A stretch of 64,000 nt of DNA from assembly GCA_963924565.1 (NCBI GenBank), contig OZ004608.1:37014001-37078000 (forward strand). The letters run 5' to 3'. Positions 46,901-59,888 of this stretch are shown here, piece by piece (position 1 is the first letter of the stretch; the number at the start of each line of letters is the position of its first letter). The translations under genes and the position numbers were made by a program. The stretch comes from Ascidiella aspersa. Taxonomy: Eukaryota. Under the pieces are notes generated by a model that made no database searches, was not told the DNA's origin, and saw nothing but the letters and a program-made list of their open reading frames with translations.

Positions 46901-48567
46901 GCTCAATGTAAATTTACCCATGGTGTTTTGCAGATTTATAGTCGTAATTTGCCAGGATGCCCAACCATATTTATACCTTATGACCATGTACCTGCCGGTG
47001 TTGAATTTCCGTGCTTACATAACCGATTTATCACTGAACATATGTAGTTGGCCCTTGCAAGGCGAGGGGATAAAACAGGCATGGCACATGGATAATTTTC
47101 CGACTGGTATATATGTACGCTGTAGGCATGAGGGCCAGTTATTGTATAGGTTTTGTTAGGAGGCCTTTTTTACGCATGGTTGTCAAGCTCGCTTATTCAA
47201 TTAGTATGCACACCTAATGGAATGTTTTGTTTTAATTCATGTAAACAAATTGCATTTACCCTAGGGTGGACCATTCGCTAGTTTGAAAAGTTTTGTTGCA
47301 AACTGATGCACCTTGTTTGTCTGGTGAGTTTTCAACAAGTCTTCGCATACTTCAGATATTTTTGTTAATGTTATTTTGCATCATAATATCGAAGGATCTT
47401 CATTCAAAGCATCTTCATAATTGCTATATTGGTAGACCCACCTTTGATCAACAAATAGTTAGACGTTTTTAACAAATCCAACACGTTGTCAGTAGTAATA
47501 GTGATTTTAGCCGTGTAGATGAAATCCAATATCAGCCCGAATATTTTAGCGTCAATGGAATTTACTTCAACCGTATGTTGATATTTCTCCTTCATCTAAA
47601 AAGTCAAAACCAAAACGTAAGAAAGATTCGTGGTGGTGAAATGTTATATTGGACTTACCTCAGAATAAAAAAGTTTCCGAAAGTACTCAGATACTCTTGA
47701 AAGAACGCTTTTTTGAACATGAAAAGATTTTCCGTCACATTTCAACGTGATGTCACAAGTTTCACCCCCAGTCAACCTATCACTGGTAAAACAATTGTTT
47801 TTATCGACGAGCCTGTAATTATGTCACACCCATATTTCTTATTTTCATTTTTATGCTTATGCCTTTCAATTGTATCGGTTTTTTATTTTAAAATTAAAAA
47901 ATGGTAAGTACAGGAAAAAAACGATCCTATACTATCAAAATGCAAAAATTATTTTTGCTTCTCATTACCGAATTGTTTTTCTATATCTCAATGTGGGAAT
48001 TTGGTTACTTCGCAGTATCTATGGTTCTTCTTTTAAAATATACACATAGGCCTAGTTATACGCATCAAATTAACTATAAATACCAGCAAGGTATACATTA
48101 GGTGAGTTGTTAAATGAGCCAATAAATTAAACCCTGTCTGCGTATGTATGAAACTGTCTCGGAATGCAACGATAGGGGCTTAATATGTTTGAAACACCGG
48201 GAGATATTAAACCAACTAAAATTTAGCCTTAAAAAACATAACGAAAGAATTTGAACCACACGAAATCGAATACTAGCAAGGCATTTTTTAAAGATTCGCT
48301 TTAAAGATTAACAGTTAGAATGACTGGGTTCCTGTGTCTGAGTTTCAACATGAATGGTATTTTCTAGCGTGCAATGCCTTGCAGGGAATTAAACCGGACT
48401 TAAAAAGCGATCATCGCTAATCGACTATCTATACATCTGATGCAGTGGCTTGTTCATTTACTTTGCCCCTGGAATGTTTAAAAATATAAAATATGGCGTA
48501 GAAATACTTACACATTGAGTTTCTCCAAAATGTCGTTTGCATGAGTAGATGAACTGTATTCTTCCAT
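40907..48567 (-). CDS. BTB-BACK-Kelch (KLHL-like) gene B, 12 exons, ~535 aa, ends ...QNNPFE*
   Basis: Exons 48567-48512, 47782-47659, 47595-47442, 44384-44167, 44107-43958, 43888-43819, 43759-43671, 43589-43397, 42524-42378, 41607-41464, 41369-41237, 41036-40907; total 1608 nt in frame. Same intron positions and phases as A and C. Confidence 0.9.
41719..42048. mobile_element. Young hAT-type MITE in gene B intron 9
   Basis: Perfect TIR CAGGGCTGCGGAGTCGG and perfect 8-bp TSD GTTTCTAC. Confidence 0.93.
42583..42981. mobile_element. hAT-type MITE in gene B intron 8
   Basis: Ends TAGGGTGATTATA and TATAGTAGCTCTA; TSD CTAATGAC/CTAATGAA. Confidence 0.7.
43220..43339. mobile_element. Short Charlie-like MITE
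   Basis: CAGTGGTTCTTAAC ... GTTGAGAAACACTA; same end family as 36932-37259. Confidence 0.65.
45072..47108. mobile_element. ~2-kb non-autonomous CMC/EnSpm-like DNA transposon in gene B intron 3
   Basis: Imperfect TIRs CCCAGTCGGAAATTTTTCC and GGATAATTTTCCGACTGGT, 2-bp TSD AT. CCCAG termini with a 2-bp TSD are typical of animal EnSpm-type elements. Confidence 0.65.
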
Positions 48568-49581
48568 GGTTCAGCAAGAAATATACTTGTAGCACAAAAT
48601 AGTGATTACCGTGGTTTCTAATCTGCTTGTCAAATTACTCACAACTAGCTAAATATCAAGCCGTTCTGTTGCAACATAAAACTGTTCCTCGCTTTCCTAA
48701 TAAATCGTAGTAAGTCACCACAATGCAGTTGTGCGTCGTTTTATTGTTTGCCTGGCAAATAAAGTCGCAGCACAAAACACAAGTATCGCCAATAAAACGT
48801 GCAGAGCACAGGAATAAAACCATTCATGCGAGACAAAGTAAACGCTTCGGTGAGCATTCTTAGAGCTATGGAATTTTGATTTTTACACTATAGGTTAGTT
48901 TTTTGTTTTTTTTAGGTGACACAGACTGCTTTTAACCATATTTTGACCAATTGAACGCCATATTTATTGATACAACGTATAGATTAGGTATCCAGCACAT
49001 AATAACTACCTACACCCATAAGCGTTAATACCCTTTCTATACGAAAATTGTTACTGCTTCAATTGTAGCCCCTCTATGTTTTAATTCTTTTTGGCTATTG
49101 TTTTCGTACGTACAAAACATTCAGCAATGAATGGAGAAGTATAGTTACTGCTGTCATAGCCTGTGTCGTAAAAATGTAGTAGGTTTTGCGCCATGCCTGT
49201 TAAATTTATTTCGCTTATGTGTTGAACCACCCACAATGGATAAGGTTTCAGTTGGTGTATGATTACAAAGAGACCCGTGTCAATAAAATATCACATGACA
49301 TGCTGAGTAAATGAATATCATTGCTACACAGCTAAGGCGTTCATTGAGTATTTTTTTTTCAAGTATGGTTTTGTTAAGGACTGAACTAGATTCGGTTTAT
49401 CAAAAATCGCCTGTGGAAAGGTACATTGTGCCCCCTTAGTTTCAACGTTTTATATACTTAAGCGCTTGATACAGGATGTCGCAACATTACAGCTGAACTA
49501 AAAGTGGAAGAAGAGCTGGGCTGATTGATATTTTGCCTAACGCAACAGTTATAGATAGTGTTTGCCATCTATGTTTCATAA

Positions 49582-49887
49582 CATGGGTTCTTAAACTGGG
49601 GTCCATGGACCCCTTGGGGGTCTGTGAAGGCCTAATGGAAATAGTAGAATACATATAAAAAATAATCAATTTTTAAAATAACTTTAATTAAAAATCAAAC
49701 GATTTTCACTGAATGTTGGCTCCATTATACTTTCACATTTTTTGGATTAAAATCGGCAGATTTCTAAGGTCTATTTGTATTGTAACGTCAATTTATGACG
49801 TCATTATAGAAATTTTTCGCCTACCGTGGTCCACGCCAGGTAAAATAAAATTTAGGGGTCCACGGTAAAAAAGTTTAAGAACCCATG
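49582..49887. mobile_element. hAT-type MITE between genes B and C
   Basis: TIR CATGGGTTCTTAAACT and AGTTTAAGAACCCATG; TSD TTTCATAA/TTTTATAG. Confidence 0.85.
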
Positions 49888-51727
49888 TTTTATAGGTGTA
49901 AAAACACAAGTAAAAATATAAGTGTGTGTACTACTGGTAATACTTTGTAGCCCCTTGGCTGCAGGGTACAGTTATAGTTTAGTTGATAAGTTGCACGGTT
50001 TATTGTTTGTACATCCTGTCCTGCAATTTAGAAGCACTTCAGCTTGAGGATAGGTGTAGTTAGAAGCCACGATATGTTTATATAAATTGTTCAAAGTACA
50101 CACCATCATTGTGTCACAAACTTTTGCCGTATAATGCCATACATTAACGTCTTTTAACAAACAGAAAGCAAGTTAAAACAACACTGTGTACTGTACTTAG
50201 GAAATACAAGTCACTCGACTTTTTCGTTTTGTTATTTTGTCAGTTTTCGGGAACTCTATTTAGTTTCACCCAAAGGTAACACTCAAGCTTTGTATGTTGT
50301 GCAGAGTTAATTTATTAACTCCACGATCGTAAATGCCATTATATACATCAATGTGCAAATTACTTTTCTGTGCCTAATGCATCACAACCAAAACGTATCC
50401 TTTAATTTGAATTATTTAGGCCAAATAAACACAAATGTTTCGCGTTTTCCCGCGATTATAGGTTACATTTTAGCTGTATTGTGTGCACGTTCCACAACGA
50501 AAAGTGTTTTAAGATCATATGTTTTGTGACGCGACGCAATTACGTAACTGACGCCAACCCTGAAAATTTGCAGATTGAATGAAAAAGAAACATTTTCAAA
50601 TGAAAATCCACATAAAATTGTTCACCTTATAAAAAAGTCCATTAATGAAAAGCTAAACTTTGAATATAGTCGAATATGACGTAATATGTAAACTGTTCAC
50701 GTGTTTGGTGATAAAACTCGGAAATTAAAACGTATTCGAATTTGTTTTTTTATTATGTTATGTGAAGTACAACGTATGTTCTTGCTTATTACCACGTCAC
50801 ATTTTTGTGATAGTTGTTAGCACACCAACACAGCACTGCTTTATCAGAGAAACATGTGTATTGCACAACTTTAAACGTAATAACAAATTCGTTAGCTTAT
50901 TTGTTTTATCCCGTCAGAGTATGACGTCATATTGCGTGTATTTGAGATCCTATTTTTTGACCCTGCCCGCCACAATATTGTAGATTTCTCATGTGGCCCG
51001 CGGCTAAAAATAATTGCCAACCCCTGATCTAGATAGAATAATTTCCTGCTCAAAGGAGAATATTGTGTAATGTAATACTTTGTAGAACACAAGCACTGCT
51101 TTATCAGACACATAGGTATTGAAGTAACTAACAATAAACGTCGTCAAGTACGTTTACTATAGCTTTAATTAACAATTTACAACATAGAGTGCTGTAACAA
51201 AAAGAACGTTATTAGTAACGAATATAGAAGAGTACCCAATAAGAGAAACTGACAAATACTGACGAAGCACAGTAAAGTTACACGAGTTATAAAGGTATGA
51301 AAGAATGCAACAAGACGCGGGGCGTATAATGATAATTACGGAGAGAGGCAAGGAAAAGAAAGGAGAAACGCACAGAAGCAAATAGCATAGAAATCAGAGT
51401 TAACAATAGAAACATAAATCATTACAGGTATCATACAACTTACCTGCTGCCTTCCAGTTTGATATAAATATACAAGTATAAGGTAATCATGTACTATTTA
51501 TATTCAATTGCAGCGTAAAGTTTGCGAATACAAAAGTTTGTGTTGCAGCGGCATTTTTATGACAAAGTGTTACGTCACAATCAAAACATGACGCCATGGC
51601 GATCCGTTCTTTCTCCCTACTAAGTTTGTATACAAAAGATCCCCGGAGATTATAGTATCGTATTCCCAAAAGCTACGAAGTTGTACCAGATTTTATTTCC
51701 TTTAAAATGTAAACCCGACCATTGAAT

Positions 51728-54700
51728 ATGGAAGAATATTTTGCAGCTAATCAAGCAAACGAAATTTTGTTAAAACTTAACACGTGAGTATTTAAACGAA
51801 ACTTACCTAATTATACATCAGTTCCAACACTATGTTTTGTTAACTTTTACCACAATAATTTAACAGATAGTTGCGCTGCCAGCGAATCTCATTTTCGTGT
51901 TTATAGGCCTGAGTTTATTTTTATAACTGCTCTGCTAATAAATTATTTGTGGCTAAATTTAAATTAGGAAAATATAAGTTTTGCGAATTTTGTAAGGTTT
52001 CCGGGATATTTGCAACTTGCGAAAATATTTGTTGTTTTTACATAGAAATAGCATAAAAAGTTTCGTAGCTCTAAATTCTAGAAAATGTTTTTGTAATCTC
52101 CAGCGATAGATTGGAAGGAGGTGATACCTGCGACATCAAGTTAAAATGTGATGCAAAATTATTTCACGCCCATAAGAATGTTCTTTCCCAAGTATCAGAG
52201 TACTTTAAAAAGCTCTTCTATTCTGAGGTACTTTTAAAGTGAATTTAAATACAAACGATATAGGTGTTCATCTAACTGTCAAATATTCTATTTGAAGATG
52301 AGGGAAAAGCATGAAGACGAGGTTCAAATGAAAGCAGCCGATGTGAAAATATTTGAGCAAATAATGGACTTTATCTACACAGCTAAAATCACGATTGTAA
52401 CTGATAGTGTTTTTGACCTTTTAAATGCTGCAAACTATTTGCTCATGAAAGGTACTTTAGTGTTGTTCTAAACACAGAGTCCACTAACTCATTCGAGTTC
52501 TTAGGATTAAGTTAGACTGCCAGCACATAACTTTGCAATTGTTATTTGATTACTATCTGTCTTAAATAATATACACTTTCTTGGCTGTTAGACCCGTCTG
52601 TTAACTCGATCCCAATAATTTTGTCGCCTTTTCCACCTTTTCAAATTTTGCAATCTTATGCATTATGATGCCATACGAAAAACTTGCAAGCTCTCTTTGC
52701 ATATGCGTTTTGACCAGTCACATATTTGGTGTAATGGGTAAAGGATAATTGTTTAGGTCAGTTTGTTTAAAATTTGGCAAACTTACATTTATTGGGCTAA
52801 GATAATATTTAAAAAAATTATGTTAGTATTTAAAAAAAGTATAACTTTCTAATAAGCATAACTGATAACATTTGGACTATTTTCTTGTTTTGCACATTAT
52901 GTATTTTGTGCAGAACTGCAAGATTTTTGTTGCAACTTTATTTTAAAAACTCTCGATTTCGAAAATTCCGTCCAAGTTTGGTTGAACCTGCAGAAATACG
53001 AGATCGAAAGTTTAAAAGACGGTTGCGACAAATTTGTGAAGGAAAACTTCGCCGAACTTACTGATTTGGAAAAGATAAAGTTGTTTGACCTGGAAACTTT
53101 GAAGTTGTTTCTTAGAACAAGGTGTCGTGATGTAAGTGTTTGTAATATTTAGTGCATTATTGTTCATATGACAAGCGAAATCAGTTGTATGCCAATCAAT
53201 TGAAATGGAAAGGCAAGGATCAGATTTGTTGGGGGGATCGACAGGGATTTGTTTTTCAGAGACTATGTCACAACGTGACATCATATCATGACGTCATTCA
53301 GTTATATCAAAACGTGACGCGACGCAAATTTATTAAAGTTAACTATTCTTTTGGAAATTTTATTAACAAATTAACTATTTTTATGCCGGTGGTGAAATAT
53401 TTGTATTAACAGACGAAAGGTGAAGAAACAGCTTTTCAATTCTCAGTAATTTGGGTGAAACATGACTTGGAAGAAAGGAAGCATTTGTTTCCACAACTTT
53501 TTCTTTTGATCGATTTAAAATCGTTAAGCCATGAATTTTTAGCTTACGTTGTAGCGAATGAGGTAACTTTTAAGTAATTTTTGCAATGTTTATTACATAT
53601 GCCTTGTTGCTCCTATTAGTATTGTTTTATTAGGAGCTTGTTAAAGAATTCCGGGAATGTTTGATTGGAGTTACTGAAAATATAAAGTATTTATTGTGTC
53701 CTGGTAAGTTCGTTATGTCACTTTTAGTGGGCTATTTAATTGTTTATGATTATCTGTTATATATCAACTCAGATCCAGCAAACAGCATCATTACTGTTAA
53801 TTCAAGTTCCACCACCATAACAATGCTGGATATCAAACAAGGGGTAGAGAAAGTGATTTCGGTAAATATCTTTTCCTGTACTTCTTTCCTTTTATGACAA
53901 ACTCTATATTCTATAAAGCGTGTATTTCGGTTGCATCCAGGTACAAACATACATTATTAGAAGTGTTTTGTAGCACAAAAATCCTACTGTAAAATAACTA
54001 GGTTGAAATGCAGTAGCAGACGGAAAACTACAACTTAATCAAACTTACTGCTTCGTACACTCTGCTACCGACCTTACATTTAACTTCCCGAACTCTTCTG
54101 CCCTATGTGTTACAGAGCCCGGATAAATCGACGGAACACTGTTGTTTTCTTGTCTACATGAATTACTTGTTCATGATTGGAGGTTCTGGAGATCAATCTA
54201 AATCGGTTTTGAGAAAGGATTTAAGATTCCCACATAAATGTTGGGAGAAACAACCTTCCTTGATAAAAGGAAGATCAGATCCTGGTTTAGCCGTTTTAAA
54301 GGGTAATATTTTCATATACAATAGGCATAACACTAGTTTTGCTTTGATTGTTTTTTTAAACGTTTTTGTTTTGCCCGTTTATGCCTTACTAACTGAGCTA
54401 TCAAATCACATGCTTAAAAGAGCTTGGAAAGTCAGTTGTATCTGTCATGCCGATTTAATCCACCTTCCAAGCTCAAGGTGTCCAGGGCTTAAGTTCGAAT
54501 CTAAATCAAGACGGTTGATAACTCAGTTGGCAGAGTAGCGCCCGTATATTCCCACGTGTGCGAGTTCGACTCCCGCCTTTACCACGAATGTTTTCTGCAT
54601 TGTCCGACTAAATATAAATTCTACAAATTAACTATATTACAATGCAGAAACCATATGTTTGTCTGAGGCCCAAAATACAAAATACGAATAAATTTACAAA

Positions 54701-57700
54701 AAAGGGGTTAATTTATTAAGATGTCGGGAAACACAAGGCTAAAATGTGTTCTTATCGTTTTACTGGTAATACCGCGTATAGGTAAACGAACCACACACAA
54801 AGCAGCTGAATCTGTGCCGGACTCTTCCCGAAACAGTGTAACTTTTATATTTGAGAAGAATTTTCCCGATATCGCTTAGTTTTGCCATACTTTGGGTCTA
54901 TTTGAATTAAAAACTGCAATTCTCGTATGTTTGCCTTTTGAGGTAATATTTTTAGCTTAAAGTCGCCATGCATACCTTGGAACTATTAACAATTGCAGTT
55001 TCGCCAACTTATAGTTTATTCAAATGCGTGGTATTGCGTTTCGCACGAATTCATTAGGTCGTTTAAATATGAAAATAGCATCTAGAGTTCGGCCAAATCG
55101 TGGGGGTAAACAGGTGGCATTATATAACGACAAATTCTATTGTATTCGAGGCAAGCTTTTGTACAACCGTGCTTTATCAAGACAAAGTACAAATCCCTTT
55201 TTTTTTCTTTGCCCTTTTAGCTCCAAAGTATTCAAGGGTCTACGCAATACTTTCGTTTGTGAAAAATAATATCCGACTGTTTTCCGCAGCAGTTTCCCTC
55301 AGGAAACGGTTATTTATAATTTTTTGCAGTTTCCTTTGATATTTATCTCCAAAGAATTCAAGGGTCTGCAAAATTTGACAAAATAATATCCGGGCGAAGT
55401 GTGGTATTTTACAAAGATGCATTTATCGTGTTATTTCTAAAGTATTTTTGTCACAAATTTTATTGTGATCATACATGCCGCCGCGTGGACAAATTTTTTT
55501 AACCAAATAAACGTATTTTATTTTGTGCAAACGAAGCTACCAGCTTCTTCGTATACTGAATTAGACCCATTTTTATTTGGCAAAAAAATCCTAGGTCTGC
55601 CCCTCGTCCATATTGTTATAATAAAATGTTTAACAACGAAGTGGTAAGTTAAATTTGACTTTGGCCCGCGCCTAGGAAAAGGTCGCCGACTTCAGTATGA
55701 ACCAGGCAGCGGTTTAGAAAGTTGTAATGATTTTGATTAAACCGTAATATCATTTCACCACCGCGGAAATTTAACATTACAGCCACACCGACCTCTTTAC
55801 GTCTTATTATACATTTAAAGGCTTCATTTATGTCACCGGATCTAAAGGTACACCAGCAAGATTCGATTTGAACAACAATGAAATTGGATGGCAGGAATTG
55901 AACAAGTGTAAAATCTCATCCAACAATATCGTCTCCTGTAATGGTGAAACATTTAAGGTTACTATTGTACAATCAACTTGGTAACTTTTTTTGATTTCAC
56001 AGAAATGATATACGCCATGCTAGTTAAAGATTATTATAATCTAATGATACAGCAATACGACCCGATGGCTGAAACAACAACCACGAAGATAATAGAGCAA
56101 ATCACTGGATACTTTCAACATTCAAAACTCATTACCGTGGACGATCAGTTGTACCTGCTTACTCTATGTAAGATGAAAAAATACAGGCAAAACCTTAAAA
56201 AAGAAGGATTCATTTTCAAGTAAACTGGACATTGCGAAATAAGATTGGTCAAAATAACCAAAAGTAGTGAGTCTTTATTAAAATTCGCCAATAAACAGTC
56301 ACGAATCGCAAAAATCAGTAGCTTTTTTTTTTCAAAAAGGTATTTAGCTTCACTTGTTACATGTGCTGAAACTGAACAGTCACGAATCGCAAAAATCAGT
56401 AGCTTTTTTTTTTCAAAAAGGTATTTAGCTTCACTTGTTACATGTGCTGAAACTGAACAGTTAAAATCGCAAAAATCAGTAGCTTTTTTTTTTCAAAAAG
56501 GTATTTAGCTTCACTTGTTACATGTGCTGAAACTGAACAGTTAAAATCGCAAAAATCAGTAGCTTTTTTTTTTCAAAAAGGTATTTAGCTTCACTTGTTA
56601 CATGTGCTGAAACTGAACAGTTAAAATCGCAAATTCAGTAGCTTTTTTTTTTCAAAAAGGTATTTAGCTTCACTTGTTACATGTGCTGAAACTGAACAGT
56701 TAAAATCGCAAATTCAGTAGCTTTTTTTTTTCAAAAAGGTATTTAGCTTCACTTGTTACATGTGCTGAAACTGAACAGTTAAAATCGCAAATTCAGTAGC
56801 TTTTTTTTTTCAAAAAGGTATTTAGCTTCACTTGTTACATGTGCTGAAACTGAATAGTTAAAATCGCAAAAATCAGTAGCTTTTTTTTTTTCGAAAAGGT
56901 ATTTAGCTTCACTTGTTACATGTGCTGAAACTGAACAGTTAAAATCGCAAAAATCAGTAGCTTTTTTTTTTCAAAAAGGTATTTAGCTTCACTTGTTACA
57001 TGTGCTGAAACTGAACAGTTAAAATCGCAAAAATCGGTAGCTTTTTTTTTCAAAAAGGTATTTAGCTTCACTTGTTACATGTGCTGAAACTGAATAGTTA
57101 AAATCGCAAAAATCAGTAGTTTTTTTTTTTTCGAAAAGGTATTTAGCTTCACTTGTTACATGTGCTGAAACTGAACAGTTAAAATCGCAAAAATCAGTAG
57201 CTTTTTTTTTTCAAAAAGGTATTTAGCTTCACTTGTTACATGTGCTGAAACTGAACAGTTAAAATCGCAAAAATCGGTAGCTTTTTTTTTCAAAAAGGTA
57301 TTTAGCTTCACTTGTTACATGTGCTGAAACTGAACAGTTAAATTCGCAAAAATCAGTAGTTTTTTTTTTTCAAAAAGGTATTTAGCTTCACTTGTTACAT
57401 GTGCTGAAACTGAACAGTTAAAATCGCAAATTCAGTAGCTTTTTTTTTTTCAAAAAGGTATTTAGCTTCACTTGTTACATGTGCTGAAACTGAACAGTTA
57501 AAATCGCAAAAATCAGTAGCTTTTTTTTTTCAAAAAGGTATTTAGCTTCACTTGTTACATGTGCTGAAACTGAACAGTTAAAATCGCAAATTCAGTAGCT
57601 TTTTTTTTCAAAAAGGTATTTAGCTTCACTTGTTACATGTGCTGAAACTGAACAGTTAAAATCGCAAAAATCAGTAGCTTTTTTTTTTTCAAAAAGGTAT

Positions 57701-59888
57701 TTAGCTTCACTTGTTACATGTGCTGAAACTGAACAGTTAAAATCGCAAAAATCAGTAGCTTTTTTTTTTCAAAAAGGTATTTAGCTTCACTTGTTACATG
57801 TGCTGAAACTGAACAGTTAAAATCGCAAATTCAGTAGCTTTTTTTTTTCAAAAAGGTATTTAGCTTCACTTGTTACATGTGCTGAAACTGAACAGTTAAA
57901 ATCGCAAATTCAGTAGCTTTTTTTTTTCAAAAAGGTATTTAGCTTCACTTGTTACATGTGCTGAAACTGAACAGTTAAAATCGCAAATTCAGTAGCTTTT
58001 TTTTTTCAAAAAGGTATTTAGCTTCACTTGTTACATGTGCTGAAACTGAATAGTTAAAATCGCAAAAATCAGTAGCTTTTTTTTTTTCGAAAAGGTATTT
58101 AGCTTCACTTGTTACATGTGCTGAAACTGAACAGTTAAAATCGCAAAAATCAGTAGCTTTTTTTTTTCAAAAAGGTATTTAGCTTCACTTGTTACATGTG
58201 CTGAAACTGAACAGTTAAAATCGCAAAAATCGGTAGCTTTTTTTTTCAAAAAGGTATTTAGCTTCACTTGTTACATGTGCTGAAACTGAATAGTTAAAAT
58301 CGCAAAAATCAGTAGTTTTTTTTTTTTCGAAAAGGTATTTAGCTTCACTTGTTACATGTGCTGAAACTGAACAGTTAAAATCGCAAAAATCAGTAGCTTT
58401 TTTTTTTCAAAAAGGTATTTAGCTTCACTTGTTACATGTGCTGAAACTGAACAGTTAAAATCGCAAAAATCGGTAGCTTTTTTTTTCAAAAAGGTATTTA
58501 GCTTCACTTGTTACATGTGCTGAAACTGAACAGTTAAATTCGCAAAAATCAGTAGTTTTTTTTTTTCAAAAAGGTATTTAGCTTCACTTGTTACATGTGC
58601 TGAAACTGAACAGTTAAAATCGCAAATTCAGTAGCTTTTTTTTTTTCAAAAAGGTATTTAGCTTCACTTGTTACATGTGCTGAAACTGAACAGTTAAAAT
58701 CGCAAAAATCAGTAGCTTTTTTTTTTCAAAAAGGTATTTAGCTTCACTTGTTACATGTGCTGAAACTGAACAGTTAAAATCGCAAATTCAGTAGCTTTTT
58801 TTTTCAAAAAGGTATTTAGCTTCACTTGTTACATGTGCTGAAACTGAACAGTTAAAATCGCAAAAATCAGTAGCTTTTTTTTTTTCAAAAAGGTATTTAG
58901 CTTCACTTGTTACATGTGCTGAAACTGAACAGTTAAAATCGCAAATTCAGTAGCTTTTTTTTTTCAAAAAGGTATTTAGCTTCACTTGTTACATGTGCTG
59001 AAACTGAACAGTTAAAATCGCAAAAATCAGTAGCTTTTTTTTTCAAAAAGGTATTTAGCTTCACTTGTTACATGTGCTGAAACTGAACAGTTAAAATCGC
59101 AAATTCAGTAGCTTTTTTCAATGACTGCTATAATTATCAAACCGATTATATCCGCAATAAACGGGCCATTTATGGAAAGCTGAATGTGTAATATATGAAG
59201 ATATCTCGTCGCCCTTACACGTAAATGACGACAATAACTTCAATAGGAGGCAAATATTATTTAGACTTTCCTGTCTGGGTCAAAGTCAATCATTCACAAG
59301 TTGTCCAATACAAAAAAGTCTAAAGAATTTTTGCGAGCCATATGTTTGTTGTTTTTAAATCTCCGAAAAAGCCTATTTATATTATATTACATTTAAAAGT
59401 CTGTTGGAGCTGAAACCAAGTTTACTTTGCAGTTGGAAGAAATTTATCTTTAAAGCAATACAATCACGAATCTGGTGAATTACATGATTTGAGTAAGATT
59501 GATCACGTTGGTGAATTTCGTGACGCTTGTGCTGCTCAGGGGGAAATCACTGTTTCTTTTGTGTCAAAACCTACAGTGTTGTTGGGAAAAACGAGTTATG
59601 ACCAAATTGAGTAAGCTTGCGTTGTAATTGAATACGAACCATTTTGTTATACGTTTATTTAATTTACATAATATTTGTTGACAGTTAAAGTTTTTTTTTT
59701 AAGCATTTACGTGGAGGTATTGCTTCCCTAGCTCCTAATGCTACAAAATATTATTTAGATCGTACTGCGAAGTTGTTCGTATCCAAGCTTACAACTTCGA
59801 CACAAAAAAGTGGAGAGTCGTCACAGAAAGTCAAGATACTACAAAGTACAACAAACTGGTGCCGCTTCAGTCGAACCCATTCGAGTAA
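51728..59888 (+). CDS. BTB-BACK-Kelch (KLHL-like) gene C, 12 exons, ~547 aa, ends ...QSNPFE*
   Basis: Exons 51728-51783, 52104-52227, 52298-52451, 52914-53131, 53413-53562, 53634-53703, 53773-53861, 54116-54302, 55821-55943, 56003-56167, 59433-59610, 59759-59888; total 1644 nt in frame. BTB 'FHAHKNVLSQVSEYFKKLF', BACK 'WVKHDLEERK', Kelch 'LFMIGG'. Confidence 0.9.
56295..59120. repeat. Intronic satellite, ~80-bp unit, ~35 copies, in gene C intron 10
   Basis: Unit AAAATCGCAAAAATCAGTAGC(T)nCAAAAAGGTATTTAGCTTCACTTGTTACATGTGCTGAAACTGAACAGTT. Confidence 0.98.

Noticed and set aside
56295-59120. CRISPR array or ribozyme-bearing satellite
   Set aside because: Contiguous monomers with no unique spacers, eukaryotic intron context, and no CUGANGA core in the unit.
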